Shown here in pieces: positions 26,330 to 38,571 of a DNA stretch of 64,000 nt. Position 1 is the first letter of the stretch, and the number at the start of each line of letters is the position of its first letter. The position numbers and the translations under genes are program-made. The notes beneath the pieces are model-generated. The model did no database searches, was not told the DNA's origin, and was given only the letters and a program-made list of their open reading frames with translations. This stretch comes from Obrimoposthia wandeli (taxonomy: Eukaryota), in contig CDROCS010000316.1 in NCBI GenBank assembly GCA_977020255.1, forward strand, positions 62,001 to 126,000, in the 5' to 3' direction.

Positions 26330-27910
26330 GATGTGAATCTGAATTACTTCAAGACACTGAAGCATGGACTTCGAAAGAAACACCTCGATAGAGATCAAAT
26401 AAAACAATCGTAATTATAAAAACGAGAACTTGTCTTTTGGCTTTACATGTACAGGAAATGATGATAATACGAAACCACTGTTATTTGTTCCGAAACAATA
26501 TCTAATGAGTCTATGAAAGCAGTAAACCGGCGCAGATATTTACTTTCAATACACAAAGATTATGAGGAAAAGACGTTTGAATTTGTACAAAACAAACTTA
26601 AAGATGTTAATTCTCAAACAGAGCCAATATTTAATATTGCAACGAGTAGCAACAATGAAAGGACGTTGTTTGCTTCGTACAAAGTTTTGTTGTTAATGGC
26701 AATAAATGGAAACCCCCAAAATATAGCCGATGAACTTATTCTTCCAGTTGTAAAAGAAATGACATCAGCTATATTGGGAAAAAACCTTCACAAAAGTTAG
26801 ATATTTTTCCCATTATCAAATAACACAGTTAGTCAAAGAATTTAAGAAAATGTAAAGGAACAACTAATGATACTTCCTAATATTTTTCCTACAATTGGAT
26901 GAAGGTTCTGACCTTTACAACTGGGCCAACCTATAAGCTTTTTTCCATATGACAATGCTGATAAAATTCATGTGGAACTGTTAAAAAGTCCTGCTGCAGC
27001 TTTGGCTATATTTACGAAATTGAATAGTTAAATTTAGGGGGCATGCGCAAAGTCGGGACATATTTCTGATTTTTGTGAACAGGTTAAAGCATTTACCTCA
27101 ATAATTATTTGGAATCATTGTGCTATACGCAGACAATCAATAGCTGCTAATAATATGCCAAGAAAAAGAGCTCAATGAAATTGTTAAAGCAGATAATTAC
27201 ATTGAGAGTCGACCTTTAAACACAAAGATCTTCTTTTACACGTAGAAGTAATGTTATAAATTTCGTTATCGAATTACAAAATAAATTATGCTTTTTTCTA
27301 CTTAACAATACAGGTATATTGCGATATCCCTTCATGGAATTTTAGACAATTAGCTAAAGTGTGATGATTAGTCGATATTTACACATATTTAAAATAATAA
27401 AATTGAAAACTGAAAGGTACATCTGTAACATTATGTAATGCTGAGGTTAGCATTGGCACAATTATAAAGATAGTTGAATTAGGGACCCATCGTCTTTCCC
27501 ATAAAGAGCATTCACTTCCTGAGATACTGAGTAACTTTCTCGTTATGATATCATTCAACCTGTACAAGCCCTGAGGAATAATTTCAGAAATATAACCTTC
27601 CTTATGTTTATGATTACGGATGTATAGGGGATGTTGATAAAGAATGTTAAACATGTAACAGCTAGGCTAAAAAGTAGTTTTATCGAACTGAATTTTTACT
27701 ATGTGTTATATTTGAGCGTACAGAAGTAGCAGATATTGCACCAAATATTTTGATTCAATTTCCTACAACTTATTTATCTGAGCAGACATTCTCTGCACTC
27801 TAAAATACTAAATCTAAGTACTTAAATAAATTAAAAATAGTACCAGATTTGAGAGAGCAAGTTAGTAACATGACGCAGAAATTTTAACGCTTGTCATTGA
27901 AAAGTTACAT
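26330..27910 (+). pseudogene. hAT Buster/Charlie (ZBED8/SCAND3-like) transposase relic
   Basis: ASYKVLLLMAINGNPQNIADELILPVVKEM..PLSNNTVSQRI; C-terminal QFPTTYLSEQTFSAL.NTKSKY..LHQPSQ; many stops and frameshifts. Confidence 0.85.
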
Positions 27911-28949
27911 CAACCATCACAATAAACATGAAAAGTAATTTTTAAAAATTTATATAAACGGATGTTTTTTTTTAAGTTTTCTCGATTTTTATGTGTCATG
28001 AAATATAGTATAAAAAGTTATTTAAACTTGCCGTTTTACACTGTGTATGTTAAGGGCCTTAAAAATCAAATTTTATCTTACTCGATTGGGAACTATATAT
28101 TTCTTTCATTGGGGTCTGACAATTTATAATATTTTAAAGAAAGTCCAGGTTGACAACTAAAAATGGAACTAGCTAGTTCTTTGTTGTGCTGTTCTACTTC
28201 CCTATGAAATTATATTTTTGTTTAAGAATAATGCTTCGTTTTCCTCTTTTACTTTTAACATTAGCCATATTTAGAAGATATTTTCTATTTTCATTTTTCT
28301 CGGCACAAAACTATATAATACAAAACTTCCAATAAATCACGTATGACGAAAGATGAAAATGCTTTAAGACTTTACTTTTTATGAGTAGAAACTTTAAATA
28401 AAGCTTTAAAATATGGTATACTTCTTTGTACATGTATCATTTAAAAAATAAATTAATTTCGTTTAATATTGATTATATAAGAAGCCATTTAAATTTATTT
28501 TACTTCAAACTACAAACTTGATAACTGGATAACTTATTCAAATCTTCTTCTTGCTCTTTCGTTTTCTTAGACTTTCATTCTTTTATTTTAGTTTGCATTT
28601 ACGTTTTACTATCTGCTTCTTAAAAGGTATTGTAATTTATTTTTTTTATGTTCTCAGTTTGTTTATAAACAGTTAATCCCATAGAATTAAATTTATATAT
28701 TAAAACACGTAAATCATATTTAAAGTAGCAAGTAGGTTATAAAACCATTTCCCCCACTTTCTAAGACGCAACTATAACTAATATACCATTTTGTTGATCA
28801 TGAAATATAAGTTTATTTAAAACTAATTTATGCATAAATTATGCTAATTAGCACACAACGACTGCCATTTGTAAAAAAACAGGTGACATTTTGGTACAAA
28901 TCATGTGGTAAAACTTACCAACCAATTTCGATCAAAATTATGACAATTT

Positions 28950-30260
28950 AACGCGAAGGCAAATGTTTTCTCATTGCGGTCAGATTATTGGACACTTTCC
29001 CAAAGCTGGATGGTTGAAACCGGCGTGTAGTTATTTTAAAATATTGACAAACGATGCTAATTGGGAAGACAACTTAGAAAGAAAAATCGTTGAAAAGCTG
29101 AACAAAATTGAGGAACGTGTTTCGGAAAAAAAACGTGTCAAGTAAAAACACATGGTCTTGGATCGGCACTAGCGCATATGTGACTGAATCTATTGAAAAC
29201 CATAATAGAATAATGTAAACTAACTGTTCATATCAGGCTAGTAAAGCCAGCAAGAAACAAAGCTGATGAGCTGACCAGAGTGTCCCAAAAGTGGCTTAAT
29301 CGTGCAAGCGTGGCATGCAGTAGCGTAATCGGCAATAAAGCAGAAGTAATGGCAGTACACAACCTGAATCATCTTGGCGTTGACAGAACAACGTATCTTT
29401 TAAAATGTCAGTATCCTGAACTCAATGTGAAACGAGAAGAAGTAGCAGCTGTCGTAGAATGCTCTTTTAAATGTAAAAGTATAGATCCAGCACCAATTCG
29501 CTGGGAACATGGTGAGTTATCAGTTGAAGCGAATTGAAGTCGATTGGCCTGTGATGTAACCCATTATTTAGGGAAGTGTTACTTATCCATTATTGATTGT
29601 AGATCAAGCCGATTCACAATATGGAAGTTACTCAATGATGAGAAACAGTATTCCGTGACTACCGCCATGACCGATGTCTTCAAATAACATGGGTCTCCAA
29701 ATGAGTTGTTGATGGATAATAGCCCAACCTTTAAGTCACAGCCATTTCACAACGCTTGTGGATCATGGAAGGTCAATCGTGTGTTTTGATGTGCTTATCG
29801 ACCATCAGGAAATAAAATAGAGGAACGTGTTCACATAACCATCAAACGAATAGCTGCCAGAAGCAATGCAAATGTCCTCGACATGTGTTTTTGGTATAAT
29901 GTTTCTCTGAAATGTACTAACAAGGACAATTCTGTTCCCGTGCGAGAACTGTTCACATATGAATGGCGATATCCGAATTTTGAACCAAAGTTGACGACAT
30001 TTCAAAACATTACAGGTTACAACATGGATCAGGCTGTATTTCTAAACCTCTCAATGCGCGTTGCACATCAGTTTGGCCTAAGGGAGTAATTACTGGTTTG
30101 AGTGGAGCAACGTAGGTAGAAATCGACGGAGTTCCTCGACACGTATCCGATGTCAGACCGATTCCAATACCACTACCAGAACGGCCAGAGACAATTGCGA
30201 ATGAAGGATAAGAAGAAGTCGCTTCCGAAGGTGTCAGAGATTACCCACAAAGGGCCGTAA
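28950..30260 (+). mobile_element. Ty3/Gypsy LTR retrotransposon pol relic (RT end/RNase H, integrase)
   Basis: WLKPACSYFK; ADELTRV; HNLNHLGVDRT..C..C; LACDVTHY..YLSIIDC; LLMDN..FKS; AYRPSGN..ERVHITIK; C-terminal VEIDGVPRHVSDVR. Confidence 0.85.
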
Positions 30261-30790
30261 AATATATCTTGTTCCAAGCCATGTTGGATTTGCGATTTGA
30301 CCACATAAACATTTTCATACGAGATGCGTCTTTCGAATTCGGCTGAGATCAACTATTTAAAATACTGCAATTTATTTACTCTAATAGCATGTGCTTTTAC
30401 CAATGTCTAAATATTTTCATTCTAGTGAACGTTTTTTATTAATTCAGATAAAATATATTTTATTTTTCCTAAAACAATTAGTCAGCAAGATAGCACAGTT
30501 CATCTCATTATACGACTTTATAGAATTACTCATTTGCAACAACAACAAAACGGATTTGTTTCAAGCTAATCGAAATAAAGATAATATAGATAATCCAAAT
30601 TTCTGAATCTCAACAGGAGCCGTATGTCATGTGGTGCCATCTTGTTGACATCTTTGAGGTGTCTCATCACACATCTTTGAACATAGTTGTGCACATGTCT
30701 TCACTGTATACCACGTGGTTTACTGTCTTCTTCAGTTTCCGAAGATTCAACAGACTTGCTTACTGTTGATGATGAACCCTTTCCGTGCAG

Positions 30791-31583
30791 CCACTTGCCA
30801 CTGTTTATCGCCCTGAAGAAGTGCCACGACCACCTCAACGACCAGCGCTGCATCCGACAGCTGAACACACTGATCAGACGTCTAGACTGCAAGGTCGGCG
30901 TGTCCAAGCAGTATGACCGGGATATTTTCTCTGAGTGCCCACTGTCGTGCGATATCTACTCGTACGAGTCAGACCGCTCCACGAGCGGGTGGCCCACCAA
31001 GACCTGGCAGCTGGAGTGGCTGCAGAGCCGGGCCGCGCGCAAAATCAGGCTGAAGCCGGAGCTCAGTGAGTATCGCCGTGCCTACCAAGAGTACCGTCAC
31101 GGCAATGTATCGGAGACCTTCCGGATCCTGCGACAGCAAAACATTATTGAGCAGCGTCTGCTGGCGGTGATGATCAATCGGCCAAACTACAACATCCACC
31201 TGGTGGAGGAAAAGGAGGTTCTCTCCTTGACTAGCTTCCTCAGCCAAGCCGGCGGTCTCTTCAGCATCTGGATTGGGTTGACCTTAATCAGCGTCGTCGA
31301 GGTACTGGAGATGATCGTCAACTGCGTGACCAGAGTGCGCCTCTCCTCCCACTCCGGCAACTCCAAAAAGGCAGCCGACACTGACCCGGACTCCCCAACT
31401 GCAGCAGAAACGGCAGTGACGAGGAACATATACTACAGTATCGACGACTACCAAGTGAAGCTCGCTCCAACAACAACGACCGTCAACAGCGACCTGCCGC
31501 ACTTTGTCACCAGCAACAACCACATAACTGCGCCCTCAAAGTACACTTGGTACTCACCAGTCACAAGGGAAGATCTGATTTAG
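30791..31583 (+). CDS. DEG/ENaC family channel, last exon (thumb end, beta-ball, TM2, cytoplasmic tail)
   Basis: Acceptor ccgtgcag|C gives AG+C=Ser in frame with the upstream exon; CPLSCDIYSYE..S..WP; TM2 SLTSFLSQAGGLFSIWIGLTLISVVEVLE; stop TAG 31581-31583. Confidence 0.92.
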
Positions 31584-32427
31584 TTCCCCTTATTGTGTAA
31601 GCCATACTCTATAAACCATTTGTCTCATGTCATGTATTTGCTTTCTCAGAAATTTATTTTCATACCCCATGTATCGCTACTCTTATAGCTACTTTCAAAC
31701 AAGTTCCTACCTTATTATCATCCTTGATATTGAAGAAGCTGATAAACCAATATGAAAATTTCACAATGATGAACAAAAATATTCAAATAAAATTGAATCA
31801 TTGTATATCGGTTATAAAAAACCAAATGTAAATTTATTGATCTTGTATTATATGATATATTGTCACTAATATGAAAGCTGTCAAAATCAAATAATACAAT
31901 ATAGACCTCAAAAAAGAAAAAATGATTCTGGAAGACGATGTGATTGGATAAAAGTAGGTGGTTATGTCTAATACACCACCTCCCCCCATAGGGGGCTACT
32001 AATGTCCTTTAAAACCATACATGTGTGTTGAGTGAAATTTCGTACATGTGTGTCCAATCCACCCTCATCCGAAGCGGGAGGTGTACTGCCACCCACCAAT
32101 TTTTATGTGTTACTTGGGATGAAATGTTACAGACAATCTCAAAAGTGATTACAGAAGACCACAGTAATCCAAATTGACCATGTCGACTTATCGCAGACGA
32201 GATTTCAGATAATACATTTATATGAATATATGACTACTATTTTTTAAGGACAAAATAGATTTTAGATTAATAAATTACTACATGTATGTTAATAGGACAA
32301 AATGTCTAGGTCAGATTTATATAATTTATAGGATAAACAAACAAAATAGAAAACAAAATTCATTTCAGTACATTTATTAAAAAATCAAATATTAAACACC
32401 ATAGTCCAAAGAGGCTGTATGTTTTCG

Positions 32428-33340
32428 TCATAAGCATAATATATATTGAGTCATATTTAAAATACTCCATACTTTTTCATCTAAAATTGGAGCAATCACA
32501 TAACCTAGGTCATATCTAAAATCCAGACTAGAATCAGTTTCAAGATGGAAACAATTTACTTCGTATACGTAATCAGGTATGTATAATTCTAAAATATTTT
32601 TCAATTGATCAATATCAGATGTTGTTAAAATTTCAAATATATATTTAGTTTCCACTTTTGATATTTTCACAGGATTCCTAACTCGTATAATGTTATGCCT
32701 CTTTAATATACTACATGGTTATACTTTTGAAATTATTTCCAGTTAATAAAAATTTCCTAAATATCACAGAAAAGGAGCCATTCTAAATAAGAAAAACTGA
32801 TTCAAAAACAAGGTTTATAAAAAAATACATATAAGATATAAATATTATGAAATAAAAATAAATAAACCTGATTACAATAAATTACATGCAAAATGAAAGA
32901 AACATGGTAAGAAAAATAGTTGAAACATAGGGATATAAGCACGTTAAATTTTTCACATAGACAGCTTTGTTCCAATTTTATCTTGCTTGTAACCTTATAG
33001 CCGAATTGTTACAGTCCATTGCTTCTCTTTCGGAAACGCATCAACAACTATATCTCTTCTATATTCATCTAAAAATACTGCATCAGCTCCTTGGATAAAA
33101 AATTCGTTCTTATTTATTGTAAAACTTGGAACTGCCTTTCAACTTTCTGTTAAAGATATTGAAAATCTGGTTTTTGAATATTTGATAGATATTACCTAAA
33201 CTTTCTTTGAATTGTGATAGTATTTACTAAAGCAATCAGTTAAGCCTTCTTCAAGAATCTGACTTTTTATTTGAAATATTATTTCACTTTTTCATACATA
33301 TCCTGGTCCGATTCTTCAAACATTTCTAAATCTTCATCAC
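32428..33340 (-). pseudogene. Unknown accessory ORF relics in the left arm of Polinton 1
   Basis: ORF 32428-32670 plus broken frames 32950-33340 (FFIQGADAVFLDEYRRDIVVDAFPKEKQW); located between the terminus and pPolB. Confidence 0.35.
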
Positions 33341-33352
33341 ATCTTAATATGA

Positions 33353-33463
33353 GACGATCACATGACTGACGAGTACCTCAGAGCTGCGTATTCGAAATGC
33401 AACGTATCAAGGTGACTGAATCGCTCTTTTCCTGTAATTTTTCATACTTTGATGGGTTATGAT
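33353..33463 (+). pseudogene. pPolB remnant, left piece (endonuclease VII-like motif to FHxLxGYD)
   Basis: DDHMTDEYLRAAYSKCNVSR*LNRSFPVIFHTLMGYD matches the element 2 pPolB segment DHDHIIGEYLGAAHAKCNLSRRLNRSF..IFHNLMGYD. Confidence 0.85.
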
Positions 33464-35340
33464 TAGGGCAACCAATATTATGCGCATATTTTTATGCGAA
33501 ATATGCACATTTTTTTCCAAAAATATGCAGAAAAATATGCATTTTTATGCGAAATATGCACATTTTTTTCCAAAAATATGCAGAAAAAATATGCATTTTT
33601 ATGCGAAATATACACACTTTTCTGTATATCTTTGCAAAAAAGTTATGATGTTATTTAAATAAACTATACAAAATAAAAATCTATACAAAAATAAGCCATT
33701 CAACACTAGTTTAATGATGTATTGTAGTACAGCATCATGTACTGTTTAACCGAACTGGCTGAAAATCTCCTATCCTTTGTAATAATTTTTCCAAGAATAG
33801 AGAAGGATCTTTCAACTGCTATTGTTGTTGAGGGGGCTGACAGAAGTTCTGATGCGATACTGATGTTTAAATTTTCGTCTTCATTGATGTAATTATAATC
33901 AAAACGATTCATTTTAGTCAGAATATATTTTTTCAAATTCAAATCATCTTCAGAGAACTGAATATCTGATGCAAGTCTTTTGGCATCATTGATTGAAAAT
34001 GTTGCTGAAATGGTATCGTATATCAATGATGCTAGATGTCCATATTTTCGATGAACTTCTATAAGTTCTTCTCTTAAACCCTCTACGGCAATTGACCTTT
34101 GTGCGTTGGTAAACAGTACACCATCGCCTATCATCTCTTCTACCACCTCCTTGATGTCTTCAAAATTTTCAGCATAAAACAGAGCAGCCAGCAACCAGGT
34201 GCCAAATCTCGTGATTATTGGCTGTGGAATTGTTCCTATTGAGGAAAACATTTGCTTTCTAGTTGGATTTTTATGGACTAACATTTTCATTGCTCCAATC
34301 AGACCATCAAGTTTGGTGTATTTAGACTTAATTTTTAACACACAATTGTGGAGAATGTGTATAAAGCAATTGATGTGTTTCATATTTGAGTAAATTACTT
34401 TCATTCGATCGCCGCAATTCTTCATATAATTAACAGAATCAGTAAGCAATAGACGAAAATTATCCCTTTTTAACCCATAATCTCTGATTGCATCATCTAT
34501 AAATTCAGAAAAAACCTTTCCAGTAACGGATTTCGGCAAGACCTTTACATCAACTAAAAATGCTTCACTCGGATCCTCTAGTTTTCCTATTATCAGATTA
34601 CCATATTTATCTCCATTTATCATACTTTCGTCGGCGATGATATAAAAAGAGCAGTCCTTTAATCTGGTTTTAATACGCTCCATTTGTTCTTTGTGTTTAT
34701 CTTCTATGCCAGCACGAACAGTTGACTCACACGGTATCGAAATATTGAGTTTTTCGAACATTTTGATAACACTTCCATTCCTCAATTTATAAAGTGGGAT
34801 ATTGGCACCCGTGAATCCTTCTAAAATAATATCCTTGACTTCTTTTTTGACGAACTTAAGAGTGGACTGCGACAATTTGGCAGAATCTTTTCTTTTGATG
34901 TGGCCAGAATTTTTTAAATGTTGTTCAACCAAAAATTTATTCGTGGTATTAATGATGGAACCACATGGCCTGCAGACCAACTCACTTCTAACGTTGATCA
35001 TTAAGCTGCTGGGTTCTAAATTCATATATTCTGTAAGCTTCTTACTTGACTTCTTAATCTGTTTTGTGGCTTTCATGGGAGTTGAGAAATTCTAAAAATT
35101 ATCTAATAATGGCTTACATAATTACATAATTCTTACAAAATTTATTAGTAATAAATTATAAAAATTGATGAAACTAATGATTAGTAATGATTACTATCAT
35201 TACAATCATTACTAATGAACCTTAAAAATTATTGCCTTTTATTACTAATAATTTATTTATTTAAACAAAAATATGCAAAATATGCATTTTTTTACCAAAA
35301 CACAGAAAATATGCAATATATGCAAAATATGCATTTTTTT
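33464..35340 (-). mobile_element. hAT-like DNA transposon (DUF659-type) inserted in pPolB
   Basis: Left end TAGGGCAACCAAT; ATGC-rich subterminal repeats at both ends; right TIR missing. Confidence 0.85.
33706..35076 (-). CDS. Intact hAT-superfamily transposase, 456 aa
   Basis: C2H2 (CRPC..HLKNSGH), IIADES, LLLTDSVNYM, CFIHILH (CxxH), TRFGTW, STTIAVERSFS. Confidence 0.9.
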   Translation of the reverse strand: MKATKQIKKSSKKLTEYMNLEPSSLMINVRSELVCRPCGSIINTTNKFLVEQHLKNSGHIKRKDSAKLSQSTLKFVKKEVKDIILEGFTGANIPLYKLRNGSVIKMFEKLNISIPCESTVRAGIEDKHKEQMERIKTRLKDCSFYIIADESMINGDKYGNLIIGKLEDPSEAFLVDVKVLPKSVTGKVFSEFIDDAIRDYGLKRDNFRLLLTDSVNYMKNCGDRMKVIYSNMKHINCFIHILHNCVLKIKSKYTKLDGLIGAMKMLVHKNPTRKQMFSSIGTIPQPIITRFGTWLLAALFYAENFEDIKEVVEEMIGDGVLFTNAQRSIAVEGLREELIEVHRKYGHLASLIYDTISATFSINDAKRLASDIQFSEDDLNLKKYILTKMNRFDYNYINEDENLNISIASELLSAPSTTIAVERSFSILGKIITKDRRFSASSVKQYMMLYYNTSLN

Positions 35341-35348
35341 TTCATAAC

Positions 35349-35415
35349 TTATGATATAAACCATATACTGAAACATGCGCTGAGCAAATTTCCTCATTGG
35401 GACTGTACTGTGATA
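35349..35415 (+). pseudogene. pPolB remnant, right piece
   Basis: YDINHILKHALSKFPHWDCTVI matches YDMHHILKHALCKFPGWNVCVI in element 2. Confidence 0.8.
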
Positions 35416-35521
35416 TTTGTTATGATAAATTTTATTAAGTAAATTTCCACTAAGTAATTATTTTAGTAAATGTTTTATTGATATTTTTATCTATATTTCT
35501 CTTTAGGTCTGACTTTCGCGA

Positions 35522-35780
35522 GTGAGTAGTAATAATAAAAATATTGAATTTTCAAAAAGTTTACCTTATTTCAAAACCTTTATTGACTTATCAAAAACGA
35601 ATAAAATGAAAATGTTGAAATCATTTCCAATTTATGTAGTTGATGATTTAATAAAAATTTTAAATAAAATAATTTATGGTAAATTAAACCTGATACTAAT
35701 ATTTTAAAATATAAAAATTCATTAATAAATTTGGCAAATTCACGCGGTAAAATTAATAAAGAAACATAATTTACAATCAA
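35522..35780 (+). pseudogene. Small Polinton accessory ORF upstream of the integrase
   Basis: ORF 35522-35707 (..KMKMLKSFPIYVVDDLIKILNKIIYGKLNL); its position is typical of small Polinton ORFs. Confidence 0.4.
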
Positions 35781-36039
35781 AACGGTGGTTTCATAATGGC
35801 CATACTTCCCGTATTAGCATATTTAATAGGTGGTCTTTTAAGTTCAAGAAGTTAAACTATGCATCACTTTCGTTTTATACAAACATATAAACAGATTAAA
35901 ATATATTTAACTTATATAAAAATGGAAATAAACAATACAAAGTTGTCTAAATTATTTATAAATTTCAATTTTTCATGCTGTAATGGAACAGATTTGGAAC
36001 AATCCAGAAGATCCAGACGAGTAAACAGGGTTAGAAAAT

Positions 36040-37005
36040 TTGACAAAAAGAGTCAAACAATCAAAAACAAACACACAAAAATGGTTAAGAAATGAATTAT
36101 CATATAGTCTGAATAAACCTTTAAGACGTAAATTCCTTACTAGATCATATAAAACTAATGATATTAATTCGTTATGGCAGATGGATTTAATGGAAATGAT
36201 TCCTCATTCTTCAGTAAATAACGGATTCAAGTTTATTTTAACTTGTATTGATGTATTTAGTCGTTTTGCAAGGGCAGTTGGTGTTAAATAAAAATCAGGT
36301 ATTGATTTATTACATGCAATAGAATTTTTATTCGTTGATGATGTACCAGTAAATATCCAAACTGATGAAGGTAAAGATTTTTTTAATTCACATGTTAAGA
36401 AATTATTCAAAACAGAAAATATCAATCATTATTCAGTATATTCTTAATATAAAGCTGCAGTAGTTGAAAGATTTAATAGAATGTTAAGAGAACGGTTAAA
36501 GAAATATTTTACTAAACAAGGTAATAAGAAATGAGTGAATATATTACCAAAAATTATTAAAGCTTATAATAATTCTAAACATAGAGGTTTATATGGTTTA
36601 AAACCTGCAGAAGTAAATTATAAAAATACATTTGAAATTTGGTTGAAACAAAATCCAAAAGAAAAGAAAGTTAAATTTATATATAAAATTTATGATTATG
36701 TTCAAATATCAAAAATAAGTACAAGTCCATTTATCAAAAATTTTAATCAAAATTGGAGTGTTGAAGTTTTTCAAATTCATAATATTAATTATAAACACAA
36801 TTCAATAATGTATATTTTTAAAGATTGATAACATCATCATCAAAGGAAAATTTATAAACAAAAGTTACAATTAATTGATAAACCTAAACTATATCGAATA
36901 CAAAAAATTTTAGAAACTAAAGGTCGTGGTAAGAATAAACAATATTACGTAAAGTGGCACGGATACTCTGAACCTTCTTGGATATTTGCTTCTCAAATTG
37001 AATGT
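36040..37005 (+). pseudogene. Polinton retroviral-type integrase with C-terminal chromodomain-like region
   Basis: WQMDLMEM, FILTCIDVFSRF, IQTDEGKDF, AAVVERFNR, YNNSKHR, YYVKWHGYSEPSWI; in-frame stops. Confidence 0.92.
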
Positions 37006-38149
37006 CAAAATATATTATTTTAACTAGTAATAGTTGTCAGAGTACTCAACCTAGGAATACAGCCAATCAATTTATTGTAGATTGGGTAAACTCTCTAAAT
37101 TAAGATGGCGAATGGGAGGTTGCCTCGACTGAATTTGTATTTAATTATACTCCTTTAACAATACAAACTAATTCGAAAATACTTTATAAAATAGAGAAAA
37201 TAGAAATGAAAAATTTTGATGTATCTTTTGCAATTTTAAATGGATTAATTTTTTGTAATGTTAATAATGTTTTCAATTTCAAAATTACAAAGGATCAAAA
37301 ATTAGAAATAAGTACAATTAACAGTATTCACCGAATGTTGTTGAAATTCGAAACTTTAGAAGAATCAAAAATTATAGGTTTTAATGAAATACAAAAAATT
37401 TCTAGTCATGTTATAACAAGTGATGAAATTGTGACATAAATAAAAATATTTATGCTAAAATGAGAATTACAATTTATTCTTTAGCTGAATATGAATACGA
37501 AATAAAATTTGATCAAAATTATTTGATACAAGATAGTTCTTCATTATGTAATATTATAGCTAGTAAATGCAAAGAGGTTTTTAAAGGCTGTAATATAGAT
37601 TCAAATGGATTATTTGATATTGCAATAAATAAAAATGTAAAATAAGTTTTATTTGACAAAAACTTGCTTCTTTATTAGGTTTAAATAATGATTTATTTGA
37701 CAAACGAATTAAAGGTTTTCAAGAACCAAAACTTTCTAGCTCATATAATCAGTTATGTTTTCTATCGTAGACATAATTCAAGACTTCGATTGCACAACAC
37801 AATTTATATTATGTTCATTAAATATCAGTTCTTAAACAAATTAATGAAAGTATGATAATTCCGGTTTCTGATTACATAACTTAATGAAACGTATATTTAT
37901 ACTAGTTTAACAGATTCTGTATTAGTAGGATCTGATTATGTTCCACTGTTAAAGTCTATTTGGTTAAAATCATTAAAATATCGATATGGAGATGTAGTAA
38001 ATATTAAAATTGATAATCCAATGTACTTGAAAATTAAAGATTCAAGTATTAATAGAATCGAGGTAAATATACGTGATGATTCTGGTAATTTAATCCCATT
38101 TTCATATGGAGCAAAAACTAGTTTATCTCTTCATTTACGTAAAGTATAA
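37002..38149 (+). pseudogene. Polinton minor capsid (penton-like) protein
   Basis: N-terminus ILTSNS..RNTANQFIVDW..DGEWEVASTEF; C-terminus YIYTSLTDSVLVGSDYVPLLK..IEVNIRDDSGNLIPF..LSLHLRK; homologous to 63247-64000. Confidence 0.85.
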
Positions 38150-38186
38150 ACAAGATAAACAAGATAAATATATTTAAAATATAAAA

Positions 38187-38570
38187 ATGAATACATCAAT
38201 TATAAAATTTTATTGCAAAAGTCAACAGGGCGGCGAACTTCCTTATTTCATTGGTAAACAATATGGCTCTAGTTGGTTATAAACTATTTATAGATTTGCT
38301 ATTCCATTCTTCAAAAATGTTGATTTAGCAGCTGCTAATGTATTTGGCAAAACGGCAGGAACTACGTTAACAAATCAAAAAAACTTAATTTTATCTCTCA
38401 AATAAAGTACAGTCAAAGAAGTCAAAACTTTAATTCCAAAATTAAAAAATAATGCTGTTCAGAGTTTAAATAAAGTCGCAAATTGTGTTGAACAAAATGG
38501 AAAGGGTCTTAAACGTAAAAGAAATAATTGAAATAGTATAAACAAACGTCTTAAAGGTACTATTTTATAA
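38187..38570 (+). pseudogene. Polinton small core-like protein (QxGG/GxG motif)
   Basis: QQGGELPYFIGKQYGSSWL, homologous to RQGGDLPYFVGKQYGLGWL in element 2. Confidence 0.7.
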
Positions 38571-38571
38571 A

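Noticed and set aside
30687-30790. N-terminal 35 aa of ORF 30687-31583
   Set aside because: Upstream of the phase-matched acceptor at 30790; intronic
22496-31523. Minus-strand ORFs 22496-22816, 30701-30907, 30969-31247, 31187-31429 and 31284-31523
   Set aside because: Antisense shadows of the GC-rich channel exons
33459-33662. 67-aa ORF
   Set aside because: Translation of the hAT subterminal tandem repeats
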